This document shows, one piece after another, positions 26,237 to 37,284 of a stretch of DNA of 64,000 nt. The DNA is from Selaginella moellendorffii. Lineage: Eukaryota > Plantae > Lycopodiophyta. The notes under the pieces were generated by a model. The model had not been told where the DNA came from and ran no database searches. It saw only the letters and a program-made list of their open reading frames with translations. Every line of letters starts with the position of its first letter. The stretch's first letter is position 1. The DNA is taken from assembly GCF_000143415.4 (NCBI RefSeq), contig NW_003314262.1:4316349-4380348 (forward strand), in the 5' to 3' direction. A program made the position numbers and the translations under genes.

Positions 26237-28267
26237 CTAAGATTTTTTTCGTTTCCCATGGCTGCGCTGCTGCTCCTGTTGTGGTCTGATGCACACCAGG
26301 TCCTCGAGCTTGTTGCCATCGATCTTGTACATCGTGACGCCTTCCATGGCGCGGTAATGGTGTTGAGCTTCACTTCTCAGGGAGTTCACGCTTGTTTTCT
26401 CCCACTTTGCGTAGTTTGAGTTCTTGCGGGTCTTGCTCGTGTCTTTTGATCCTGACAGGCGTCCATTTCGAGATGAACTTCCCCATACTTTGCAGTTCTT
26501 GAAAGCTCCCAGGTCTTTGCCTGGCTTTCGTTTGAGTCCCATTGCTGCGTAGTAGGCTGCGTTTACTGTCGCTCGGGTCGGAATGACCGACCAGTCTTGC
26601 TTTCTGGCTTCTCGCATTGGAGAATACAGCCTCATTGTCTGTATACACGGAGACTATCAATGATAATCCATAGTCGTTTTTCTTACCCCGAGGCATTCCA
26701 ACAGTTGATAGTAGGCTCTGCCTTGTAGTGGATTGTGCCCCTTGCAAGGAGCCGAGAAGTAACGAGTCCTATAGATGAAAAGAATGGTACAATGATAAGA
26801 AGTTGGAAGGAGTGTGAGTCAATACCATTCCGTGTAGCCTGGATCCACCGTAAAACCATACATATCCACCGAGTCACACATTGACAAGGCGAGCTCCAAA
26901 GACTTAATGCCTGTCCCTTTCGCTCCCCGACGGAAAACTACACCTTGGAACAAGTAGACAGGATTCGGAAGCTGTAAAAGATAAAACTCAGTTAGCAAAC
27001 CGCATAGCAAGCGTCAAAGGCCCTATCACTTTTATTTTAGCGTTGAAGTCCCGATGGATAACACTCTTGATAATCAACACTTCATCATCTGCAAAAATCC
27101 TCTTTTGCATTAAGCCAGAGACTTCTACTACGTACCAGATCCCTTTGCAACCTCAAGCAGGTTTCTTACTACTCCATGAGCCATCAATCGAAAACTCCGT
27201 TTCATGCCAACATGCTTTGCGTATTTCTGTGAAATGAAAGCAACTTTTGCGAGCTCAGTAGTACGCAACCTTTGTGAGGTGATTACCGTGGTCACTGGTG
27301 CCTCATTGTCTCGGATGACAATATCGTGAGCATCTATCTCCTTTCCAAACTCCGTCTTTAAGAGGTCTCCCGAGTTTCCCACCACCGCACACGTCCTAAA
27401 CTGGCGCGGCCAAAACGGTGGCTTTGGCGGTAGTATCAACTCGAGATGTTCTTCGCACAGGCTTCGATTGGAACAGTTAGCTGCACCCCTGCACAACTAG
27501 ATTAAAAACTTCCATCAACATCAAGCTTAGTTTACAGTTGAGCTATTCGTTTTGCAGCGTAGTCCATCCACCCATCGGGACGTGCATCCAGATACTCGCG
27601 AGTCAATATCGTTGTGACGTTTCGATACTGCAAACTCAAAAGTGTTATTTGAATCAAGAGCAAAATTTGCAGCAAAGTACCTGTTCCCACAGGAGCAGCG
27701 TCTCGCAGACGTCAAATTCATATTCCAGTGGCTTGTAGATTTTAAACTGCTCATTACGCACCGTGAAGGATGCTTGCAAGATCGTTCTGAAATATCCGGA
27801 GGGAACAAATAGTACCTGGGTAAGTAACTAGAAATGTTTTTGCGTGATCGAAGCTTACAAGTTTACTCGGTACATGCAGTCAATCCAAGCCCATTTCTCT
27901 CCTGTAAAAAGAAAGCATTGAAGCATCACTACTCTCCAACGAAGAAAACAAAGGCAAGAACATATAAGATCGAGAAAACTTACCACGCATTTTTGGACTT
28001 GGCGCTGGAACGAATCAAGCGTAGAAGCGTCTCGATCTCACAAGAAAAAGAAAAATCCTGGGCGCTGCAAGCCTACATTTCTCCCGCAACAAAGATTGAT
28101 CGATCCACATCCAACAATCGCAGCGAGATACCTTCCAAGAAGAAGAGCCCTTGGGGCGCCAGGAAGAGGAGGCAGATCAGGGACACCAGCGCCGCAATCG
28201 CGAGTGGGAGCGACAGTAGCAAGGCTCGCTGCCGTCGCTGCTTCTTGGGCGGCTGCTTCCACGCCAT
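26237..28267 (-). pseudogene. GT29 sialyltransferase-like copy disrupted by a 115-bp inversion
   Basis: Collinear with 15799-17825 except that 27760-27874 is the reverse complement of 17317-17431. Confidence 0.85.
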
Positions 28268-28353
28268 TTTTCTCCTACGCACTGATCAAGCGAGCTCCTC
28301 CCTGTAAACCTAGCTGTCAGATTAAAGCAGACTCAGTTAATTAACATGTTAAT

Positions 28354-28425
28354 GGAGGTATAGCTCAGCGGTAGAGCAATCGGCTGCAGTCCGATAGGTC
28401 ACCAGTTCAATCCTGGTTGCCTCCT
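28354..28425 (+). tRNA. trnC-GCA: tRNA-Cys(GCA)
   Basis: Full cloverleaf: acceptor GGAGGTA/TGCCTCC, D stem GCTC/GAGC, anticodon stem ATCGG/CCGAT with CT-GCA-GT loop, T stem ACCAG/CTGGT with TTCAATC loop, discriminator T. Confidence 0.93.
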
Positions 28426-28576
28426 TTGCCAAATAATTTCTTCTAACAAGACAAATCTGTCAGCGATAAAATAATGATTTTGAAGTTTTTATATGTATTT
28501 TTTAACTTACATTTATTATTATTACTAATTTTCATCTTTTTATGACTTTACCCTTATCAATAAATAAATTTAATAT

Positions 28577-28751
28577 TATGAGTGCTTGGAATATGGAAAG
28601 GGAATACAGAAATGTGTATATCAATTAGCCCAAAAACTCGAGCTTATATACAGGAGCAAGTGGTCCGGATTGAAACAAATCCGATAGCTACCAAAATCCC
28701 ACTACACTAATATTAATATACAGTATCGTAGCCGTACACTTGACCCTCACA
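28577..28751 (-). repeat. 3' LTR of the gypsy element (PPT adjacent at ~28752-28766)
   Basis: T(A)TGAG...CTCACA ends; minus-strand GAGAGGAAGAGATGA abuts it. Confidence 0.9.
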
Positions 28752-31700
28752 TCATCTCTTCCTCTCGGAATAATGGAAGACTATCAAGGTTCTCTTGTAG
28801 ATGGGCTGGGATCTGGAGGAATGTCAGGATGAGGTATCGGCAGATCTGTAGGTGGTATTAATTGCTCCTGATCCCTTTGTATGAAGCGTTTCAACCGCTG
28901 CACATGCACAATCTCTGAAGGATTGGCTTGCTGGACATCATGCCGAACCTCATAAACTTGTGGTCCAACTTGCCGCAACACTCGATACGGTCCTTTCCAC
29001 TGTGCAAGGAGCCCCTTAGATAAACCACATACCGTAAGATGGGGAAAACGGACTAACACTAAATCATCCACTTTGTACTCCGTAGGTGGACGATAATGGG
29101 AGTTGTACTGCCGTTGTTGTCCCACGTGTACACGGCTTAAGGGTTCGACAGACTCCGCTCGGACAAGTGGAAGAATGGTCATCAAATACTGATCCCACAA
29201 CCTAGCATCTGCAACTCGTGGCAATCGCGAAGGTAAACCTAGCTTCGTTGGTAATATTGGATCATGACCATATAAAAGTTTATATGGTGAAGCACCAACA
29301 GAACTCTACACCCCTGTGACATATGCATATCGAAGAGATGGCAAATAACCATCCCAATCCGAATGCTAAAAGTTCACATACTTCGCAATCATCCTCTTGA
29401 ATGTCTGAACGAGCCATTCCACTAAATCGTCTGATTGTGGATGATAAGCACTCGTGAAAGTGTGGCATATCCCCAGCCGAGACGTCAAAACATGAAATGC
29501 ATCAGCCATAAATGCGGGACTATTATCCGAAAGAATCCGCTCTAGACAAAAATGCTGGAACACCACTCGATTGAGGAGGAAGTATCCAATAGCAGTTACA
29601 GAGGCACTAGCAAAAGCACCAACTTCCACCCAATGAGTCAAGTAGTTAGAAGCAATAATAACATACTCATTGCCAGCACTCAACCATGGAAAAGGTCCCA
29701 TAAGATCAAATGCCTCCAACTCAAACGCACGGGAAACTGTAATTGACTCCAACTGTCCTTCTGCAGCCCGAGGGGGAGTATTACGAGCTTGGCACCAAAT
29801 ACAGTTACGCACATACCGAATAATATCACGTCGCATCTCCGGCCAATAGAAAGACCTGCGCAGCTTCTCAATTACATGACGATGTCCCATATGCCCATCT
29901 AGAATAGGAGAATCATGGTAGGTATGGAGAAACCGCGGAATAAAGATAGAAGGCACCACCAGCCGTAAATGATTATCAGGATCCGTCCCTATAAAATAAA
30001 GAAGGCTGTCTTTGAGGCAATATTGAGAATGTAAATGCCGGAAAGGCAAGTCATCAGCAAGTGATGCAGGATTCTCAAACCCATCTTGAAGCCTTCGAAT
30101 CCACGGCTCAAGCTTTTGAGCCTCGTGAACCTCAGCAAGAGAAGGTAGATTTTGCTTTGCACCTTGTGGACACTGAACGTCAAGTACAGCAACCGCCGAT
30201 GGCATAGAATCCTCATCTAGAAAATCCATAGAGGCTGGAATAACAGGCTCGTCAGAAACATGAGAAAAGAATGGAGAAGGAAGAGGAGCCCGAGAAAGGG
30301 CATCAGCATCAGCCAAAGAACTCCCTGGGCGATGAACAACATCAAAATCATATATTTGAAGCTTCAAAGCCCATCGAGTAGTATGACCAACCAAGTTCTT
30401 TTGCTTCAATAATGAAGTAACAGCAGCATGATCACCTTCAAGTAACGTTCGAGAACCATGTAGATATGCATGAAGTTTCTCGAAACCCCAAACTGCTACT
30501 AAACACTCATTCTCTGTCGTGGAGTAATTCATTTCCGCTGGTTGTAATGTACGGCTTATATATGCAATGGGATGGCGCTGACCAGGCACACTCGAGCTCT
30601 TTTGCATCAACACACCTCCAAGACCAATGTCAGAAGCATCCACGTGCAAAATAAAAGGTCAAGTGTAGTTAGGATATGCCAAAACCGAAGGAGTCGTCAA
30701 TAGCTCTTTGAGATCCTTGAACACCCGCTCACAATCCGGAGACCAGATGAAAGATGATGTTGGCGACTTCAACAACGCTCGCAACGGTGCAGTGCAATCA
30801 GAAAGATGATCCACAAAACGACCGAGATACTGCACCTTGCCCAAGAAGCACTGCACATCATTCACACACTTCGGAGTAGGGAACTTCAGAACAGCCACAA
30901 GTTTGTCAAGATCAACTTGCAAACCCTCACGAGAAATACGGTACCCAAGATAAGTTGTATCCTTGGACCCAAACACGCACTTCGTCCGCTTCAGCTTTAA
31001 ACCAATGTCGCGTAGCCGATCTAACACTTTACAAACATCACGAACGTGTTCCTCCCACATTCCCTTCAAGTGGATCAAGACATCATCAATGAAGTCAACA
31101 GTCACCTCTGGCATATCGCAAAGAACCTCGTCCATCATCCGTTGGAAAGTTGCTGGAGCATTGTTTAAACCAAACGGCATCACCAAGAACTCGTACAAAC
31201 CAAATGGTGTATGAAATGCAGTCTTAGGAATATCTTTTTCGGCCATCGGTACATGCTAGTACTCAGAAGCAAGGTCTAGCTTGGTGAACCAACAACTTCG
31301 CCCTAGACAATCCAAGAGATCTGCAGTGTGAGGAAGAGGATACACATCTGGGATCGTCACTTCGTTTAACGGACGATAGTCGATACAGAAACGAATACTC
31401 CCATCAGGCTTCGTCACAAGATGACGTTCACATGCCCAAGGACTCCACAACTTCCAAATAACACCCTTCTCCAACATCTCTTTGACATTTGCACGTAAAA
31501 TCTTGATCTCCTTGGGTGACCGATGACAAACGAGAACCTTGATTAGATGAGCATCCTTGGTTAGAATTAGATGACGTGTGGTAATCTTGGCCCCAGACGA
31601 TAGGTCAAATTCAAAGAGATCAAAATACTCCTTCATCAACCGGTCCACCGCTGCAACACAAAGATCGTCGGAGGGATCGAAAAAGGGAAGAGCAGAATAA

Positions 31701-33383
31701 GATGGAAACACTGGAGGAAATAGTGGGGAAACAAAAGTAATGGAAGCAGAGGTAGAAGTAGAGGGACGAAGAGGTATAGAAGTGAGAGGAATGGATGAAA
31801 CATAAGGAAATATGAGACAAGGGGGAGAAGCTTCAAAATCATACTTAGCATGATTGCATTGCAACCAATCCATACCAAGAATGAGGTCAAAAGCTTGACT
31901 TGGCACCACCTGCAATGACTGCAACTCAAGCTCGAGATCACCCACACGCACAACCCCTCATCCCGTGCATATGCATGTGTATGGCCTTTGCCATAAAGAA
32001 TGAAAACTGGTTTCGCCACATGACGCAAGTGTAGACGGCAACGTGTGGCAATAGGTTGAGCAATAAAAGATAAACTCGAACCTGTATCAACTAACACGGA
32101 GAGAATAATAAGAGACCTTTTGTTATAAAAACGAGCTTGGAAAGTAAACACTAAATGAACTGGTGCCGAGTGAACCCCTTGATGATACTCCCAAAAAAAA
32201 GATGGAGGGGTCACTGACTTATTCACGCAAGGTCCCTCCGTTACTCGTGCGACTCCTCGTTTCCCGGATGTATCTCGGTGTCCAAACCGTCCACTGCAGC
32301 AACACCAACGGGACGTTGCTGATGCCAAGGTCTCCACCCAGGAAATGGAGGTCGCCAATCCGGAAAATGCCGACAACGCTGATAAGTATGACCAATTTCA
32401 TCACACGCCCAGCAGCGAACATCAAGGCCACGACCACGTCCTCGCCCTTGTCCTTGGACTCGAGCAGCAGTAGCATCAACCTCCATTGGAACAGGACCAT
32501 CACTTATAGGAAGTGGAGCTGAAGGACGTGCAGCGAGAAGTAGAAGAGGCGACATCTTATAACGTTGTGCCAAGTGAAGAGCATCGTCAAGGGTGGCGGG
32601 AGCAACTGCATGCACAAGTTCGACAAGATCTTAACGAAGTGCTGGCCACAACATTCTTAGCTTGATCTGCTCTGACATATTTGGCTCCGCACGAAGCAAA
32701 AGACTTCGGAAACAAATGCCAAATTGCATCACCGACTCAGTGGCCCTTGGCGAAAATGATGCAATTGTTGGAAGGCGTCATCACAGTCATTGGCATTTCC
32801 GAAAGCGCGTTTGAAGACGTCCGGGAGAACACTCCAATCCCCACGAGTAGTTGCACTCAAACCATTGTACCACTACAATGCCGTCCCTTGAAGACACGTG
32901 GGAAACTCACACAAACGTCAAGCATCATCCCAAGAATGATATGTGGCAATCACCGTGAAGTGATCGAACCAATTATACACATCATCCCCAGGATTCCCGC
33001 GAAAGAACTCCGGCCGAACGCAAGGATTGGCACCAAGAGTAGGAGGAGTTGTACCACATGCCGTGAACACCGCCATCAATTGAGTTTGGTTATTCAATTG
33101 CAAACGCATAGCATCAAGCAATTGTACCAACTGCTGCTCCAGAGTCAAAGGAGGAGATTGTTGATCTGCCATGAAAATGAATGAAAAAGAAAGAGCAAAA
33201 GAAGAGAAATAACAAAAAGCTAGAAGGAAATGATAGATCTAGACAATGCAAAAAGTTAAATCTAAACCAAAATCCTAAAAGGAAAGAACAAAAGAAAGAA
33301 AATGAAAAAAGCTAGATCTAAACTAAAATCCCAAATCTAAGCACTCCTCAGGGACAATCAAAAGTGCCCCTTATCTCCACTAA

Positions 33384-33558
33384 TGTGAGTGCTTGGAATA
33401 TGGAAAGGGAATATAGAAATATGCATATCAATTAGCCCAAAAACCCTAGCTTATATATAGGAACAAGTGGTTTGGATTGAAACCAATCCGACGACTACCA
33501 AAATCCCACTACGCTAATATTAGTATACGGCATCATAACCGTACATTTGGCCCTCACA
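33384..33558 (-). repeat. 5' LTR of the gypsy element with an adjacent tRNA-Ala-like PBS (~33368-33382)
   Basis: TGTGAG...CTCACA; the minus strand continues TTAGTGGAGATAAGGGG, similar to the TGGTGGAGAT complement of the tRNA-Ala 3' end. Confidence 0.88.
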
Positions 33559-33868
33559 ATATTTGTTATATATTATATCACTAATATATTCATTATAAAT
33601 TATTTTAAAACATTTTTTATTACACCATGGATAAGCTTATAACTCAACCTTTCAACTAACGCTACAAGGCAAAAAAAACACATGGGATATGGCAGGCACA
33701 AAGTCAGTGTAAGAAGCGTAAGGAAGTGGAAGACAGTGTGAAACACATGGGATAATGCAAGAGAAGCTTGCCACTATATAAATTGGCATACGTTCAAAGA
33801 GCTCTATAACTTCACACTCATCCCTTTGGCTTCTCAAAGCTTTGGTCTTTTCTTAAGAGTTCAGAGAC

Positions 33869-35155
33869 ATGGCTCTCACAGCAGCTCCAAAGTTCTACAC
33901 CATCGAGTCTGCTGCTTATCCTGGCTATTGCATTACTCAGCAAGGCACCCAGATTGTTCTCAGGTCCAAGGACGCGCTCAACCCCTTCCAGGTAAAAATC
34001 TTTGAAAACTTTGCCGGTTGTCGATCATCATGGGAAACTCTTGTGCAGCTGTGGTACAGGGATGAGTCATGGAACTTGCTGAACCAGGAATTCAGGGACA
34101 GCTCCGCGTTCGTGTTTGTAAACCACGGCTCTAAGAAAGCTCTCCGGTCCCAGGCACACTCAACGTCTCGAAGCAAGGTAAACAGAAAATAGTATTCATA
34201 CTATACACTGTTTCTGATCATATGGAATTTTGATGGCAAAAGGCTACTATTGGAGACTATGATCCGGCAGTCCAAGACGATTATCTCCTGTGGCGTATTT
34301 CCGGGAGCCACGAAAATCAAGTCTTGATCACCATGACTGGAAACAAGTCATCTTATCTGAGCCACACTTCCTCAAGTGCTAGCTTCAAGGATGGGGTGCC
34401 AGTGGTGACATCCAACAGCGATGGAAACTCCCACTGGAAGCTCGTCGCTTACGGTAAGCATATGATTTGTTCTTCTCGGTTGTGGTTCATATGATGATGC
34501 TGCACAGAGCCTTCTCAAGAGTACAGGATTATATGCGACTGGTATGAGCAATACTTGACTTGGAAGCAGCAAAATGTGGATGTAACTTTCAAGAATGCAG
34601 TCAAGCACAACGATGAGACAAACGTGGTGGCTATTCATCCAAGCAACGTTCCTCTCGACGGCATGGTTTGTACTTTTGTCGTTCTTTGTAATCTTATCTC
34701 ATTCTATTCGATTACATATAGACATGGTACAAGGTTCCCGCTGGAGGAAGAGATGATACCACGTACTTCACCTCGTTCGTTCTCATAAACAAGGTGACTG
34801 GTCTTGCTCTCAAGGGGTCAACCAAGCCGGGAGACAAGGTAACTAGTGCACACTGTTGAAAACTTGAAGAAGTTCGCAAACTAAACGAATTGGATGATCA
34901 TGGCAGGTGCTCTTGACTCAATATGATCCTCTCGACTACGGTTTCGTGTGGTCTGAGAACCGATTCCAGGCTTCAAAAACGGACTATCTCGCGATCAATC
35001 TGGATGGAACAAACTTGCAGTGGTCTCTGCAGGACAACAATCAGTACCAGAACAGTGCGTGGTATCATCCTCTTGTGCTTCGCCCGGCATCTGCAAACCA
35101 AGGATTTGTTCAGCAGCAGGCATGGAAATTCAATCCAGTGGTGAACAATGTTTAG
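33869..35155 (+). CDS. Two-domain EUL-like lectin, A/B chimeric, intact
   Basis: Type-A exons 1-5, type-B C-terminus (NPVVNNV*) and type-B 3' flank. Confidence 0.85.
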
Positions 35156-35302
35156 CTGGGACTTTTATGTTCATAAATGAGATGAGAAGATGCTAGATGT
35201 ATGCATGAACGTTCGTATGAATAATTACACTTCTAAATGTTGAATCAGCTGCAGTATGATCAATATGTCACCAGTGTTTGTAATCAATTCATATACTTCC
35301 CA

Positions 35303-35685
35303 GAGGGAGAGACGATACCACGCACTTCACCTCGTTCGTCCTCGTGGACAAGATGATTGGTTTGGCACTCAAGTGGTCAACCAAGCCGGGAGATTCAAGG
35401 TACTCTTGAAAACTGTGAAGAACTTTGCAAACTAGCCTTGGAGGTGCTCCTGACTCACTACGATCCTCCCGACTACGATTTCGTGTGCTCGATTCCAGGC
35501 GTCAAACACGGCCTATGTCGCGATCAATCTGAATGGAACAAACTAGCAGTGGTCATTGCAGAACGATGATCAGTACCAGAACAGTGCCTGGTATTATCCT
35601 CTCGTGCTTCATCCGGAATCTACAAACCAAGGATATGTTGAGCAGCAGACCTGAAAGTTCAATCCAGTGGTGGCAAGCGGTTGAC
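35303..35685 (+). pseudogene. EUL-like 3' remnant (exons 5-6)
   Basis: Degenerate DDTTHFTSF.. and VLLTHYDPPDYDF with frameshifts. Confidence 0.8.
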
Positions 35686-35763
35686 CATCAACCACGCTGT
35701 ATTCATAACGAAACGCATACCATTGGTTTTCTCTTACAAATAAAGAGAGCTTGGTCCATCTTC

Positions 35764-36067
35764 TCACGGGAAAAAGAAGCTCAGCACTCCCCACTTGTTT
35801 CTTTTTTCCATGGACCCAAGGACTTTGTCGCTTTTCTTCAGGTTTTCGTTCATTTCCATGGTCTGCAGGAACGGAACATTTGAGAAAACAAATTTTGGCT
35901 CGTTTGCTTACCTTGTTCTTGGCATGAAGCAGCTGATCTCTCTGCGAATGGAGCTGCTGCAGGATTGAAGCCCCCATCTCCTCGGATTCTGCCATTGCTT
36001 TCTTCATCTCTTTGATTCTCTCGCTCGACTTCTGCAGCTTATTTGTTGAGCGCTCCTCTGGATTCAT
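35764..36067 (-). CDS. VTI1-like Qb-SNARE-motif-only small protein (~84 aa, 2 exons), or a truncated gene
   Basis: SSERIKEMKKAMAESEEMGASILQQLHSQRDQL, GT-AG intron, then TMEMNENLKKSDKVLGSMEKRNKWGVLSFFFP*. Confidence 0.6.
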
Positions 36068-36110
36068 CGCTCAAGAGTCAAGACCTAGCTTGAATTGGAA
36101 AAAGGATATT

Positions 36111-37217
36111 TCATAGGTGAAAGGATATCTTTTCCGCAAGGCATTGGATCCAAGTCCGGTCTTTCACGTTGTAAGCTCTTGGGACGTCTGAAACAAGGAG
36201 GAGTCCACCGTCTCTGGAAGGAAAGGACTGTGCGAGTAGAGAGTTGAGCCCCTTTGGTATGAAACTCAAGCCAGAATCACCTGTGATGTTGAGAGTGAAA
36301 TGCTATGGAATGAGCGAATGCTACGAACCAGCACCAGAAGGGACGTAGATTGTTCTCTTGCTTTTGAGCTCTTGTAAAAACGAACGAAGCAAGGCCTGGA
36401 GGATTTTCAAAGGTGTTTCTGGATCGCCGTTGTCGACGCGTGGTAGATTCCAGCAGCCCCGAGCAAGGACGATTTCGTCTCCGTGAAAAGCTATCTGGAA
36501 GTGAAGGCCACGAATAGGAAAAACAAGAAAATTCAGTTGTAAGAAACGAACCACTGCGATTGTTTTTGTGTTCCGGATGAGCGCATACGAAACCCAAGCT
36601 AGCTCCTGTTTTTGAGCATCGGTAAGCCACTCGGCCATGACAAAAACTTGGCTCAAGTCGGAAGGCAAGCTTCCAGCTCTCGAGGATTGTCCATCCTGTG
36701 GAAAAGTTCATGAAAAAAGACAGAACAAAGCTAAAGTTACTTACTAGCTCCAGCTTTCTAAGAGATGGAAGAAGCACTGCGACAACAGATAAAAAGAGAC
36801 CCACGCCTTCGGATCTCTGCAAGAAAACCGAAGAAATGTTTTCTGGAGAGGTGACACATCTTTGATAATCACCCACTACTTACAAGCTGCGCCGGAGGAA
36901 CAAGCTGACTAAAGATGTGATTGACAACGATCAAGCCTCCAAATGTAAATCCTAGAATGCGTGGCAATTTCGAATCATCGAATCCCGGAATGCCTGAATC
37001 AATCAAGCGATTTGACAAAAATAAATCTAACATTGGGTATGATTCTACCGAGTGTGAATCGAAGAACCGAGACATCAACATCTCGCGAGGCCCGCAGCTT
37101 CAATCTCGCGTTCTTGCGCTGGCCTCGCAGAGGCAGGGCGCCATTGCTTGCAGCACATTTGCCCTCCCATACAGAGAACCAACCCGGGCGCCCAGCGGCA
37201 GCACTTCGCAAGAACAT
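36111..37217 (-). CDS. CCB2: Cofactor assembly of complex C subunit B, CCB2 (chloroplast cytochrome b6f heme ci maturation)
   Basis: Transit-peptide-like N-terminus, DVSVLRFTLGIPGFDDSKLPR, PAQLRSE, ELAWVSYALIRNT, KDRTWI. Confidence 0.85.
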
Positions 37218-37284
37218 CACAAACCCTAAACCTTTGAATTAAACTTGGAATTCCCGCTCAAAAGAGCCCTAATCCTTTAAAGAG
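37218..37284. promoter_or_regulatory. Very short bidirectional intergenic region with a telo-box-like motif
   Basis: 67 nt between divergent ATGs; aaaccctaa at 37221. Confidence 0.55.

Larger units (their letters stand above)
28577..33558 (-). mobile_element. Full-length but decayed Ty3/gypsy LTR retrotransposon
   Basis: gag, LVDTGSS protease, RT (RFCIDYRPLN, MPFGL, FIDD), RNase H (VDASD), integrase (HHCC, FDLMGP, GPY); two 175-bp LTRs; ATAT target duplication against the empty site at ~18080. Confidence 0.95.
4085..35700. repeat. Tandem array of EUL-lectin / PPR / GT29 / tRNA-Cys cassettes with a ~10.4 kb higher-order period
   Basis: Near-identical ORF sets recur: 7980/18393/33869, 10272/20680, 13953/24411, 5933/15341/25779, 6387/15799/26237. 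Confidence 0.95.

Noticed and set aside
27834-28307. 157-aa plus-strand ORF (and similar ORFs at 17551 and 9883)
   Set aside because: Antisense to GT29 exons 1-2; its start is created by the inversion
32163-33184. Plus-strand ORFs inside the gypsy element
   Set aside because: Antisense shadows of gag
4085-35700. CRISPR-like or prokaryotic operon reading of the repeats
   Set aside because: The repeats are kb-scale duplications of intron-containing genes, with no short repeat-spacer pattern
35764-35800. C-terminal Cys lipidation motif on the VTI1-like ORF
   Set aside because: The correct frame reads WGVLSFFFP*, with no terminal Cys
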